DNA of 64,000 bases from Azolla caroliniana (Eukaryota; Plantae; Polypodiophyta). How positions within the stretch are numbered: position 1 is the first letter of the stretch; the number at the start of each line of letters is the position of its first letter. Below the pieces are notes generated by a model that did no database searches, had not been told where the DNA came from, and saw nothing but the letters and a program-made list of their open reading frames with translations. Where the stretch lies: positions 18,046,868 to 18,110,867 of the forward strand of contig JBHGNT010000018.1 of the NCBI GenBank assembly GCA_043228905.1, written 5' to 3'. Positions 37,001-50,205 of this stretch are shown here, piece by piece. The translations under genes were made by a program, and so were the position numbers.

Positions 37001-40000
37001 AGTAGGCAGAGGAGCGACTTCGGGCATGCAGAGTCCTCGGCCCTGAACAGGAAATCAACGGAGCCGTGGAGGCGGTCTCTTCCGACGACACCTTGGGGAA
37101 GTTACGGGAGGTGTTCAGAGAAGGCCTTAATGAGGACCAGACGATTCCGATATGTTTGGAAAAGATGTACGAAGTCATCGCCGACTTCGGTAGTGGACTC
37201 GAGTCTGATCGGACAGCCCGAGTGGATACGAAGTACAAGACTGTGGACCGGAAGGTGAGGCCAGTCGCGGCACCCTTGCCGGAGGGTAGCGAGTTACAGA
37301 TAAAGGGGGTCGCGTCGGACCCAAGTTTACGAGATTCGACCAACATAGGACACACGTTCACCGACATAATGCTACGGGAGCTCAAGATCGGTGGGGGTGG
37401 CTTTCTACTGTCGGCGGAAGAGGACCGGTTTCGGAGAATGCTCGGGAGGCACGGGAAGGCTTTCGCATTCTCACCGGAGGAGATCGGGTGCGTAGACCCG
37501 AAGGTTGTGGAACCAATGGTGATCTTCATGGTACCGCATGTGCCGTGGAGTCTCAAACCGATTCGGGTACCTAGAGCTCACATCCCGAAGCTGTTGGAGT
37601 TGCTGAAACAGAAGGTGGAGATTGGCATCCTCGAACCGTCGAGTGCCCCATATTCGAATCGGTGGTTTACCGTGCCGAAGAAGAACGACACATTGCGCTT
37701 CATACAAGACCTGCAGCCAGTCAAAAAGGTGACCATTCGAAACGTAGGTATCAGACCGACCATCGATGAGTTCGTGGAGGCCTTCGCAGGGAGGTCAATC
37801 TACTCTGTCAGGGACATGTACTCAGGCTACGATCAGTTCCAGCTAGCCGTAGAGAAAAAGGATGTCACGACGATGTGGACTCCTCTCGGCCTAGTTCCGA
37901 TGTGTACCTTGCCGCAAGGAGGAATGAACTCGGTGGCGCACATGGTGAATGCGATGAACAAGGTGTTGAGGGATTGCATCCCGGACATCACCATGCCGTT
38001 TCTAGATGACATCCCGATCAAAGGCTGTCTAGTGGAGGACAAGGATGAGTTGGTCGGGCCCGACGGTTGCTGGAGGTTCGTGACGGATCACATCCGCGAC
38101 TGCGAGAAGGTGCTACAAAGACTCGAGAGCGTGCGACTCACCTTCTCCGGAGAAAAATCTACCTTCGGACAGCCGGAGATCCTGGTAGTCGGAGACCTAT
38201 GCGGGCCTTACGGCCGGAAGCTGTCCCCGCCGAAGGTAGAAGCCATCTCCGCGATGAAGGATGATTGTGGGTCGGTCACGGAGGTCCGAAGGATCCTTGC
38301 GGCGTGTGCGTTCTATCACATCTGGATTCCACACTACGTGTATGTTGCGGAGCCGCTTTACGTGTTATTAAAGAAAGGGCGCCGGTTCGAATGGAGGATG
38401 GAGCACGCGGGGTCGGTCCGGAGACTGAAGGAGGCGCTCGCCGCGACACCGGCTCTCCGAAAAGCGGTTTACGTCAAGGAAGTCCCCATTTACATGACGG
38501 TGGACATGAGCTCCACCGGGATCAGGTGGGTGATCAAACAGGAAGATGAAGACGACGTACAGTTCTCGATCTGGTTCGGGGCAAAGGTATTGAGCGAGCG
38601 ACAGCGAGGATATGCCCAAATCAAGCACGAGCTATGGGGTATCGTTTCGGCCGTCAAGACCGACAAGGACTATCTGATCGGGATGGAAGTGATCATCGAG
38701 GACTGCCTACCGATTCTGGGTATGGTCTCCGGATGCATGACTTTAGACCTGGCGATGCTCAGGTTGATCGTGTACATCAAGTCCCTGAACCTGGAGATAT
38801 GACACATCTTCGGAAAAGATAATGCCATTGTCGATATGCTTTCAAGGGTGTAGTTCAACGACGAGGACAACATGGTTTTGGATAACGAAGAAGTCGGTGA
38901 GGACTTCTTCGGGTCAGCTAACGTGACAACAAGAAAGGGGAGCACTCCGGCACTTAACGAATTCGACGAGAGCAAGTACGACGGGGAGTGGCTCCAGATC
39001 GACGGGTTCCTGAGGACATTGACAACGGACGCGGCATGGACGAAGGAAGAGACCAACCGGATTCGGAAGAAAGCGTATTGATTCTTCCTACGGGACGGGA
39101 GCATATGGAAGCACCCGAAGAAGAGAAACGGCACCCCGCTCCGAGTGGTGGCGAAGAAAGAGGAACAGAAAGAATTGCTGACGGCGTACCATGGGAGTCC
39201 TTGGGCTGGGCACCGCGGGATGTGGGCCACATTCGAGAAGCTAAATGAGAAGTACAGGTGGCCAGGGCTATACCGAGACAGGCATTGGTTTGTGACGACT
39301 TGCGAAAGCTATCAGGTGCACTCCATAGTCCGACATTGGGACGACCTCCACTCGACCTACCCTCCAACCGTCCACTTCAAGTGGATGGTGGATATGGTGA
39401 CGATGCCGATGGGGGTAGGGCAGATGCGGTATCTGGTGCTGGCTCAGGAAGACCTGACAAACTAGGTGGAAGGCCGAGCGTTGCAGAACAAAACGGCTCC
39501 AGCCGTGTGCCGATTTCTGATTTAAGAAGTGGTATGTCGGTACAGGTTTGTAGGTAAGATCGTGGCCGACCGCAGAGAATTGGATGCGCAAGAGGCGGAA
39601 GAGTTGTTTGACAGGCTAGGGATTAAACTCTCGCTCACCACCGCCTACAATTCAAACGCTAACGGGAAGGTGGAGCGCGGGCACGGGCCGATCGTCAAAG
39701 CGTTGGTACGGGCGTGTGGAGGCCATGTTGGGAACTGGCCGTGACTCTTACCCTATGCGTTGTGGGCGGACTGAACCACGCACAGTTTGGTAACCGGGTT
39801 CATGCCGGCAGAGCTAATGTATAGACAGAAGCCGATCATGCCAACGAAGCAGACAATCTCCTCGTGGGCCACGGTGGACTAGAAAGACGAGATGAGCCGG
39901 GAGGAGCTGTTAGCGGCACAGATTCGGCAGCTGGAGCGAAGACCGGAAAACGTGGACCGAACCGTGGAGAAGCTACGAGCGACGAGGGTAAAGAACAAAG

Positions 40001-40868
40001 GACGGTTTGACCGGACTCACCGACTGAGACCAAAGAAGATCGAGGAAGGTGACTGGGTTCTAGTATATGACAGCAGCCTCGACAACCAGCACAAGGCAAC
40101 GCGGAAGTTGGCAAGAAGGTGGTTCGGGCCGTATGTGGTGACAAGCGCCAACGACAATGGGACCTACGATCTCGCGGAGCTCGACGGGACAAGGATGGCG
40201 GTACCGGTGGCGAGGAAAAGGATCAAAGCATTCAAAAAGCGACACGAGGCTGAACCGGAACCCGGACGACCTGGATAGCGACAACGACCGGCTCGGAATG
40301 GATGCCGATCCGGAAGACGAAGGATAAGCGTGGGCTCGTCTTCTCCGGCAAGAGTCTAATTTTGGCGCATATCGGTGGATGCGCGGTTAGGTGGGGGTGG
40401 ATGTCATGGAGAAAACCGTCCCTAGGCGGAAACCGGGTATAACGTTGTCGTGAAGAAAACCGGCCATAGGCGGAATCGAAGTAAAAGGCGCATGAACCGG
40501 CTCTTACACGGGTGGACGCGAGGATTGATATATTGTACATAATTCGTAATTAAGGCAACTGGTGTAAATACTAGGTATTGCACATTTATTAGGGGATTTT
40601 GTGCATATCTCTGTCGACAGGAACAGGGAATAAAGCAGTTTGGCTAAGGAAAAGGGGGCACCCCCTTTTGGGGAACTATTTAAGGAGGGAGAGGAAAAAG
40701 GAAGAGGTATCGCGCGCTAGGGAGGACGAAGTGCCGCTGCAAATCTGAGTGCCAAGCTCTCTCTTCTCCTCCGGTCGTCGGTCTCTGTGGGTCGGGAGTT
40801 CGCTGCCTTTGCTTCGTGGACAGCCCGTGCACTTCCAGTAGAGGCTCTCCCTTCTCGCTCCGCGTATC

Positions 40869-40899
<31 letters not shown>

Positions 40900-41604
40900 T
40901 GCTCCTCGGTTCAAGACCCCCGTGGTCCCGCCCCTTCTACACGCAAGTGCGTAACAACGCGACAACATGCGTAAACCGGCCCTTACACGTGGGCACAAGT
41001 TTTGTTGTATAGTACGTAGGTAGGTACAAGTCGCTTGAGGCGAAATCCTAGGTAGTACGCATTCGGTAGGGAGGAAATCGAGGCATATCCCTGTCCGAAA
41101 GGACAGGGAATAAACATGATGTAAAGGGTGGTAACGGCCTCCCTCCTTGGGCTATAAAAGAGAGGGAGAAGTGAAGTAAAAAGGGGATTGTTTTTTTTTG
41201 GGTGGAGGACGAAGTGCTGCCGAACTGGAACCGAGCGCTTCTCCTCTCCTTTGTCGTCTCCATAATTGTTTTGTGCAAGTTTCGGGAGGTTGACTCTGCT
41301 CCGCGGGACGCCCGAGTGCTTCCGGCAGAGTCTCCATCTCGCGTTGTGTGTGTGTGTGTGCAGGCGTTGGGGCCCATCACTCGCCGACTTGCCGATTGTA
41401 ACACCTTGATTTATATATACATAAACATTCGTTCTGTCTCCATCTCACGTTCTGTAGTTAGTTGCAATTCTTGTGATTCTGTGGGTCTGTGAACGTGTGA
41501 ATTACATCGTTAGTTTCCTTCCCTTCCCCTCATTCGGTTATTCCTCGGTCTGAGGCCCCCGTGGTCCCGCCTCATTCTCTACGCACGCGCGTATCAACCC
41601 GACA
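34004..41604 (+). mobile_element. Full-length but decayed Ty3/gypsy LTR retrotransposon (non-chromovirus, fungal-like RT); 5' LTR 34004-34684, 3' LTR 40402-41604, TSD ACGA
   Basis: Matching TG...CA LTRs; PBS TGGTGAACCCGATGTGA (34689-34705, complementary to the plant tRNA-Trp 3' end); PPT GGTTAGGTGGGGGTGGA (about 40385-40401). Domains seen: protease ALIDHGS (about 36449), RT LPQG...PFLDDI, RNase H, and integrase (H..GH..C, NGKVERGH, WFGPY). Many stops are present and no chromodomain was seen. Confidence 0.95.
40446..40964 (+). mobile_element. Related Ty3/gypsy solo LTR nested in the 3' LTR, TSD ACGT/ACAT
   Basis: TGTCGTGAAGAAAACC...GGTCCCGCC...ACGCGACA. Removing it restores the 5' LTR sequence TATAACGTGC. 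Confidence 0.9.
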
Positions 41605-41610
41605 ACGATC

Positions 41611-44600
41611 TTTTTTATTTTATTTTTATTAGTAACACTTTTATTTCTAGTGGGAAACCGCAAAGTGAGGTGAAAACCCACAAAGAATAAAGAAAAATAT
41701 ACAAGTGTCAAGTAGACACTAAAGAGCTTAGAAGTAATCCTCCCCTTCTCTACACTCTTGTTTAACCCTCACACTTATCCACGTGTATAGAATACTACGG
41801 TAAATTCTCACCACGGGATATTATATGGTCATGCACGTAACATTAGAAGCACTCAAAGTAAAGATTGTAAATTTGTTGTGTGATGTCTCTAAGTTGTAGA
41901 AAATCAAATAGAGATTGGCCGAGGGATTGCTTAAACAAGCTAACTTCATGCAGTTGGTTTCGATCAAAGACCTTATTATTGCGGACTGTCCAAATGGTCC
42001 ATAGTGCTCAAATTTGTGTCTATTGGAGAAAATATGCATGGTTGGATAGGGCACATGAAATTTGTCGAAATAACGAAAAGTGTTTACCAAACCTTCAGCC
42101 AGGAAATATGTGATAAAGAGATTCACTTAGTCTTTGTACAAATGTTGTAGTGAATGAGCAATTCCATAATAAGTGTGGGACCGTTTCCAATCGTCCACCA
42201 AATCTTGCACAATGTGGTGAGGCTATCGATCCCTTTTGAAGATTCGAACCAATTGGGAGCACACCCAATAGGAATCTCCATAGGAATACCCATTGCTTAA
42301 GTGGAAGACCATAGCTCCATAAGCTTGTAAGCCTGTTTTTCCACCAGGACTGCGTTTTGTGTAGGTTCCATAATGCATTTGCATGTTCGTGAAACCATGG
42401 GACAGGTTGCAACAACATATACATTGAATGTGTTGTAATGTTATGCATTGGAATAACAATGTTCCCTTTTTGTAACATCCAATCCAGAATCCTGTGATCT
42501 CCATGTAGAGGTGGCACAGGTACCAAGGAAAGTACCAACTCTATGACTTGATTCCAGATAACACAATGATGTGGGCCAAGACTATAACGACATGTCATGT
42601 CATTGAAGTGCAATAAGTGACCTTGGTCATTTACCATGTCTCCAATTGATTTCAGCCCCTTCTTTGCTAAAAAATAAGCTTTCATAGGCTCTTGTTCAGG
42701 TAGTGATTGTGGGAATATAGCACTCTAGTGTAAGCTTTTGAGGTGTAAAGAGTTCCCTGATTCTGAATTCCTACCTCTCCATTTTATGTGATGCAATACT
42801 TCTTTCCAATGCTCTAGAATCTTTGAGCTAAACGAACAACCTTTAATATGCCCGTCAAGAGATCCAAACACTACATCCCAATGGTTAGTATCCCATGAGA
42901 CAAATGACGTGGTTTTCAAATGGTCAAACATATCAAATAGCATTATTGCCCAAGGCAATGTTTTTCAGCCAATTTTGGCAACAAAGTAGCTTTTCTAGCC
43001 AACATGCAAATGCAAATTAAGAATATTTACCCCTCCACTCAATCGTGGAGTGCATATCTTCTCTAGTGATAGGAGTCGTATACCTCTATGCGACTGCTTA
43101 AAGCACCAAAAGCTACGTATGATTTATGAGTTAATCTTTTGTATCATGTGTTTCGGCCAATCAATCATAATTAAGTAATACTGCATGTAAGCCATGAATA
43201 TAGATTGCACTATCCGCAATCTGACATGGAGTGGTCATGTTGCAATCTTCCAATAACTTAGCTTTTTTCTCACTTTTTGCATAACCCATTCAGCTTTTCT
43301 TTTCCCTGTTGCATTCCATCCCAATGGATAGCCAAAGATGTCTAACCATTTCATTTGGGCTAACAACTTGACCTGGCCACAAAAGTTTATGCCAACTATA
43401 TGGTGTCAAGGGTAGAAGTTTGGACTTTTTGAAGTTAACATGCAATCCAACAACTAATCCATACAAATTGAGGAATACGATTAGCAATTATCTTTGCAAT
43501 AAGTTTATAGATCACATGCATGAGTGTGATTGGTCGCCAATCCAAGAAAGATTCACACAATTTCTTTTTGGTTATTAATTTGACCAAACCTTCTCTTCCA
43601 TGAGATTGGCATATCCCATTGTCGCCAAACATTATTTGCCATAGATAGGATTAAATCCTTAAGGACATCCCAAAATTCTGCAATGAAGTCTAACATAATA
43701 CCATCCCAACCAGGCGCTTTGCCTTTCCCGAGGCCCTTCTAAGCCTCCAAAAGTTCCTCCACTATGAATGTTGCATCCAAAGCAATAGCTTTATCAACAC
43801 AAATAGTGGGTAGAACTAGTGACAATAATGTATCTCTGGCCTGTTTAACTGCATTTGTAACAACTACATTGTTCATAAAGATGTGAGAGAAGTGAGTTAC
43901 ACATTCCTTGGCTAGTTCAAGTCTGTTTGTAGTCCACAAACCATCACCAGTTTTGATGAATTTAATGAATTCTTTTTGGTGTATTAGATGCAACCTTTTG
44001 AAGAAGGATTTAGAAGAGCATCCTTTGTCTTTCAATGGAAATTGTATTGACCTAACTTGCCATTTTTCCAATTTATTATTGTCATGTAGCATCAATGTGT
44101 GTTTGGCCATACACAATGCATCCTCTTCATGTAAAGTCAAAGATCTTCCATGTGCTAACTCTGTTACGACTTGACAAGTAAATTTGGCTTGTTGATTGTA
44201 ATCTCTCTGTCGTGAGACATGCCATTTCCCATACTCTTTGTATTATTGTTTGTAGTATATGTACAAAATGTACACATGCTATATCAACATCTATGTTGAC
44301 TTCTACATAAAGAGGAGGTATTATGTCATAGACCATCCTCTCGAAGAGTTCATGCTTGAGTTAATTGTTGTTAATGAGCATAAGTCTCTTCCTTTGGAGA
44401 TGCACTTCATAGGAATGATTCCCGAAATGACGGTCTGGCCAAATAGGAGCATGATCTGACAACTGCAAAGCATGATCTATATGCATTGTACATGTGAAAT
44501 TTTCATACTGACTAGCATGCAAAAAATACCATCTATCAAGCCTTGCATGGTATGCATAGTGGGCATGTGGTGAAAGGTAAAACCATGAACATGTGGGTGT

Positions 44601-46296
44601 GTCATTTGTCATAAATCAACCCAATCCAATGAGCTTTGCATATTGTATCACTGACCTTGTTCCTCTCTCAACATATGTGAGTGCCCACTAGTGTTATCAC
44701 CTACATTTGGAGAGTTGTTGAAATCTCCACATATAAATGCATTTTGTGGCCATGGATAAGCACAAATGTCTTGCCAAAGTAAAGTTATGTCCCTTGAGGC
44801 ATTCGGGGCATATATTCCAACAAAATCATATGTCTCGCCATTTATCATGCATTGCACAACCATCCACCTCCCACATTGATCATTATAGGCAACTGTAGGA
44901 TTTAGCTCATGTTTTATGATATAAGTACTCCAAATGTTGTACCTTGACCTGCGTAGAAGATGTCAAAACCTCCAAATGAACCAACTTGACCACTGAATTC
45001 AACTTGTTTATGTTATTGAACACAAATTACATCCGCTTGAGAAGAGGTAATATAGTTCCAAAATATTTTCCATTTACTAGGGTTACAAATACCCCGTATA
45101 TTGAAGGAGACACATTTGACTTGTTTATGCATGATTAATATGGTTGAAGATATAAAACAAAGAAAAATACTAATCTGATTGCATATTAGTAACACTGCCA
45201 TGCTTATTTGCATGAAGACTAATATCTGCATTTGATCCATGTTTGTAAATGTCCACATATGAGCCTCTACTCACTCTTTTCCAGGCTTTTGAGAATGAAG
45301 AGAGCATTGAAGCATTAACCTGTAAAGATGAATCATGATTCTCAAGTGCATGAGTGTAGTTCCTCACCACCACAGGTGTCTTGCGTCTGAAGGATTTCTT
45401 AGATATTTGCCATCCTTCAGTGTTCTCTTTGTCCACATCAAAGGCTTGTCTCAAATCATGCATGTTTGATTGCACATTACCGATTGTCTGCGGGACTTTA
45501 CTTTTCCCTTTGTCTTGTACTCTTGGTTTCTGGATGGGTTGCATCACAGAGTTTGTTGACTTTGAAGAAGAAACCTTACTATTTTCTTTGAGTTATGCAG
45601 GTTTCAACATTGCGGTTTCAGGTGGCTGAATAGTTTGTGTTGGGCATTCTGATTGCATATGACCAAACTTGTTACATGTGTAACATGCACCTACAAATTC
45701 GCCCCATTTCAACTTAAAAGGTATTGCACCAATGGTTGGATCATCCGAGTTGAGGGTGATACCTTCCAAGATCGGAACATCTATGTCCCAAAGAATGCAA
45801 AATCTAATAGAAGTACTTGTAGTTGCTGGGGGCAAACTACTCTCCCCATTACCACTGCAATTTTCGGTAACAAGTGATTCCAATTTCGTGGTCCATCCCA
45901 TGTCTTTCTAGCCTTTACAAAGTCCTCTACTAGACTATCCTGAAGCCATTTTCTATCTACGGGATCTTCTATAATTTCTTTCATCTTATTATTCCATACA
46001 AAAGATGATCGAGCCATCCTTGACAAAAATAATGTGGTAGACCTGCTACTTTGTATGTTGAAATGTAGAGAGGTATAACAAAGGTAATGAGATGAGCAAA
46101 CTTGACGTCTCACAACTTAGGTCGAAATAGGTAGGTACTGAAGTCTGTACTCCATTAAGATTTGAGTAATATATGACATGCTCAATCCATCCAGAAGGTG
46201 CCAAAACTCCCAAATCGACTCAGACCTCGTCCGATTCTGACTCCGAATGAGGGAGATATGAGAGTGGAAAGGTAAACTCTTTCAATTTGTGATTCT
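41611..46296 (-). mobile_element. L1-clade LINE, near full-length, decayed
   Basis: ORF1 zinc knuckle CYTCNKFGHMQSEC (about 45650-45690). ORF2 APE motifs SFNIRG, ICVQ, ICGDFN, RLDRWY and LSDHAPI; RT KAPGWDG and WRPITL (RT core partly deleted); C-terminal ETVPHLLWNC. An A-rich tail appears as a T-run at 41611-41630, with a probable TSD (C)ACGATC. Confidence 0.9.
41731..41842 (-). mobile_element. Truncated LTR fragment (same family as 46462-46896) inside the LINE 3' end
   Basis: Its reverse complement matches 46462-46573 (TGTTACG(T/G)GCATGACCAT...GGGGAGGATTACTT) with few mismatches. Confidence 0.85.
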
Positions 46297-46461
46297 CACG
46301 ATCAAATGCTCGACTACATACGAGATGCAAAGACACCTGGCAAGATCTGAAGAGGATTTTTGCCATTAGCAGTTGCAGCTCTCAGACAAGAGCTCAATGA
46401 CATCCGATAGAGAGATATGTTAGTGGCCGATTACACCTCAAAAATCAAGGAGATTTGCGAT

Positions 46462-46896
46462 TGTTACGGGCATGACCATGTAATATCTTGTGGTGAGAAT
46501 TTACCGTAGTATTCTATACACGTGGATAAGTGTGAGGGTTAAACGAGAGTGTAAAGAAGGGGAGGATTACTTTTAATCCTCGGGATTGAACAACCCATTA
46601 GGCCAAGTGTGAACTTGCTTGGGGGCCTTGGGAATCGCTATAAATATGAGGCCTAGCTACCCACATTTCATCATCTTTTGACTATGTCGAGACTTTGTCC
46701 TTGTGGTGAGCGCGCCAACACCAGGTACGGCTCGATGCCACAACGGTGGTATGGGACGTCGATCGAGGCTCGAGTCAGTCTCGATCCCTTTGCTCAGGGG
46801 TGGTCAGGTGGATCGACACCCTTCTTTCTCTCTCTCCTTTCTTATTTTCTATCTTTTATCCTTATCATATACTTACATTAGATCATAACTGTAACA
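46462..46896 (+). mobile_element. Solo LTR inserted in copia gag
   Basis: Termini TGTTAC...GTAACA, TATAAAT at about 46639, and a degenerate 5-bp TSD GCGAT/ACGAC. The gag reading resumes on both sides. Confidence 0.8.
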
Positions 46897-49800
46897 ACGA
46901 CGCATTGGGGTCCATCAATGTGACGGTGGACGAAGATGAAATGGTGCAGGTTTGCCTTAGAGGATTGGTGCAGAGGTTCGAATCATTCTGAATGACAAAT
47001 TATATGGGAGAGAATCCACTCTCATTTTTCAACCTATAGTTGATGCTCCTAGTTGAGGAGAACCCGTAGGTACGTCGAAGGTCATGCACGCCAACAACCA
47101 AATGTTGTACACGGAGGGGGATCGGCCCCGTGGTCGTGGTAGAATAGTTGGATTGGCACGCAATACTAGCGACCAATATGAGCAGAATTAAAGGCACAAC
47201 AAGAGTGTTGACAGTAGTTCGGGATCCTCCATGAGCAAGGGGAGTCAGGGTGGTGTCAGAAGTCAGCACAGGAAAGCCACCGACCGCTAGTATTGTGGCA
47301 AGAAAGGCCACAAAGAGACCAAGTGTTGGAAAAAGATGGTTGTTTCGAACAAAGCCGAATCAAGCAAAGCCGACTCTATGGAAATGATATTGAAACGTAT
47401 TTTGGGGCTCAAAGAGATGTTCGAAGATTAAAGAGTATACTACTTTTGGTTGTTGTCTTGGTTGGAAACGTCATGGGTTTAACACATGAAGAAATTCAAA
47501 TATGTGACTTGGCAAAACATAATGTTCACCAATCCATGTGGATTCTTAAGTACATAGGATTTGGTTCTGATGCTAACGTCTCCTCTAGTTTAGGTGATCT
47601 AAAACTCCCCCCTTTTAATTAACACATTATTATTTACGAAAAAATCAACACTCTCTAAAATGTAACAATGTTAAGGTAAGGTTTGATGTATCCCTCTTTA
47701 TTTTTCTTGGTATTTCCTAGGAGATCATTTGTCAACTTCAAAGAACCCTAATGTCTAGAAGGGGAATATTAATCATATTGTTGCTAAGTAACACATATTT
47801 GTGAAAAAGGGAATGAATTAAGTACATATTTTTCAAATAGTACAAATAATGGATTTGTCCAAAGTTGCTCTAGTCTCTTAGGGAAAGACTACAAACTTTG
47901 GGGCATGGATTGAATAAACAATAACTCATGGGTGTTTCTGAATTTCTCTAGTTTTGAGTGGTCCTTTCTCTTGAAATACAATATAACTAAAATTGGAAAA
48001 TCCAATGGCGGTAGTCACATCCCATGAGTGCAAGTATTATTAGAATCTTGCACAAAAGATGATAAGGACCGAGTTTTGTGAGCTAGTGGGTATCTTATTT
48101 ACAACAATAACTCCTTTGTCAAGCGGTTCATTCACACAACACAAAAGTCGCGTGAAAGAAATACAAAATATTGTACACGTATAATAAAATCACAAATAAT
48201 ATTAAAGTCTCTAAGAAATTCAAAGGCACAAGTTGCACATGCACACGAAGTAGCAATTGTATAGTTGTTTGAGTTTCTTGATTTAATAATACAAAGGAAC
48301 CTTTAAAAACAATCACGAAAATTCAAGACAAGGAACCCAAAATATAGATAAGAAAGTTGCTTCCATTGTGGGTGTTTGTTCAAGTAACCATAGTTGAAGG
48401 ATCAATTACGTTAAAGATGAGCCCAATGGTTTGCAATAGACAATTGTCTCTTTGACAATGTCATAAACAACATTGGCATGGACAACACTCTCCCAAGTGA
48501 TGTTCTTAGTGCTCAATTATACCCCTTAAAATGGAGAATGTTTTATAGAACAACCTCAATTAAAGGAGCCAATGTGGATAGTGACTTTGCCTATTCAAAC
48601 ACACACAATGGTTCAACACATAACAAACTACACAAATCTTCTTTGACCACATAACTCAGGTTTCTAGTACAATAGGGTTAACCATTTCATCATGCTAGTA
48701 TTATAGCTATTTTTTAGCATGCCCCAATAGAAGAGGTGTTGTAGACTACAACGTGTCATCCTTTAATGCACACTAACCACAAAAGGTGCGAACAATTTTC
48801 TAATCGATGAGGACATACGAGGCTTCATGTTTGTCAACGAGCCTTGTGGCAAGGGTATTGAGTCTAATGTCTATCTATTTTTCCAACCAACACCATGATC
48901 CTTATGACTTCCCTTGTTAAGTTCTCAAAAATGTATGTTGAATAAGTAATATCACGACAAATATTTTCAAACCAACTTTATATATATCGAGTACGTGTGA
49001 TTCTACATATGCTTACATATTAACTTTACATCATGAAAGTATTAAAACGATAGCTGGCCTAGCATACCATATGGACCCCAATAATTGAAGATGCCACATT
49101 GCACATCACGTCTAAATAAAGCTTAATTTTCCAAGATAACGCACATTCTAAACTAACAACTTTATGGAGCTTTTAAAAGACACCCCATCGAGAATGATAA
49201 AACTGTAAAACACATCTAAACAAGAGCCTTGCAATTATGAGATAATGGCCACTACCAAAATTTTACCCTTGCATAATTATAAATTACAGACCCAAACACC
49301 ATAAACGATAGCAATACATTGACACGTAAGGAAAGAGAAAAAAAAATGTTGGAGAAAAATGATGACGACGATCCACGCAGGCGATATGAAAATGTTTCAC
49401 GGCACTTCTTATCAAACATTGACAAATGAATGTACGAAATTTGTAGGAACGGTGGCAAAGGAGCTAGATATATCCAATTGGGTTCGTTGGTGGGCATGGG
49501 TAAAAGAGGGATTGTGTTACGATGGAGTTATTAAGCTTTCTTTGAAGCTCTTACAAGTTACACGAAGCACCGACATCGACACGAGCACAAGACACGTAAG
49601 GCAAGAGGGAATGGTTAGAGCAAAAACAAAGACGACGATCCACGAGGGCCATACGGGAACGTTTTAACAACACCAGTAATCAAGGGCTAGCAGGCAAATC
49701 TACGAAAATAGGCAGGAAACGATGGCCAAAAGGAGCCAGGCGCATCTGATTGGGCTTGTCCATGGGTACAAGGGGGGGGGGGGGGGATGGTGTTAGAGAT

Positions 49801-50178
49801 AGAGGTATCGAGCTGTCTTCGTAGCTCCTACAGGTTATGCAGGACGGGCCCGGACCAAAGCACAGGCACAAGCACGGACATTGACATGGACGCGGGTACG
49901 GACATTGGCATGGACACGGACACTGGCACAAACTACACTCCTTCTCCTCCTACCGTGTGAACCCCTGCTTGTGTGGGATTGACGGCCAACAACACCCCGT
50001 CAAATGTGTCAGATATACATGGGCCCCTTCAGCCGCTCCCTGCCGTTGGATCAAGCCCCCATCGCACGGCTGGTATGGCTTCTGTTTTTTTATATGGGGG
50101 GAGGGCAGCCTCAGCCCACCAAATCCTGTCGTCTGCGCGCGTCAGTCATCGTCGTCGTCGTCGTCTCTGTGTCGAAAA

Positions 50179-50205
50179 TTAGGGTTAGGGTTAGGGTTAG
50201 GGTTT
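50179..50205. promoter_or_regulatory. (TTAGGG)4 telomere-like / telo-box run upstream of PP2C
   Basis: TTAGGGTTAGGGTTAGGGTTAGGGTTT, just upstream of a candidate 5'UTR donor site GTAAG at about 50244. Confidence 0.5.

Larger units (their letters stand above)
33294..47340 (+). mobile_element. Decayed Ty1/copia element (putative 5' LTR 33294-33507, Met-type PBS, gag), host of three nested insertions
   Basis: TG...TTCACA is followed by TGGTATTAGAG (TGGTATCAGAGC-like). gag fragments: MGSSPSTEKLDKNNYPSWEYKM (33799), ...VHD|QMLDYIRDAKT...DYTSKIKEICD (about 46300-46461)|ALGSINVTVDEDEMVQVCLRGL (about 46902), and a zinc-knuckle remnant YCGKKGHKETKC (about 47291-47326). No pol or 3' LTR was recognised. 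Confidence 0.75.

Noticed and set aside
47700-49100. Possible old retroelement remnant
   Set aside because: No motif could be identified with confidence by eye.
49250-49930. Internal repeats (GACGACGATCCACG x2; GGACA(C/T) array) as a DNA transposon
   Set aside because: The repeats are real, but no termini or TSD could be defined.
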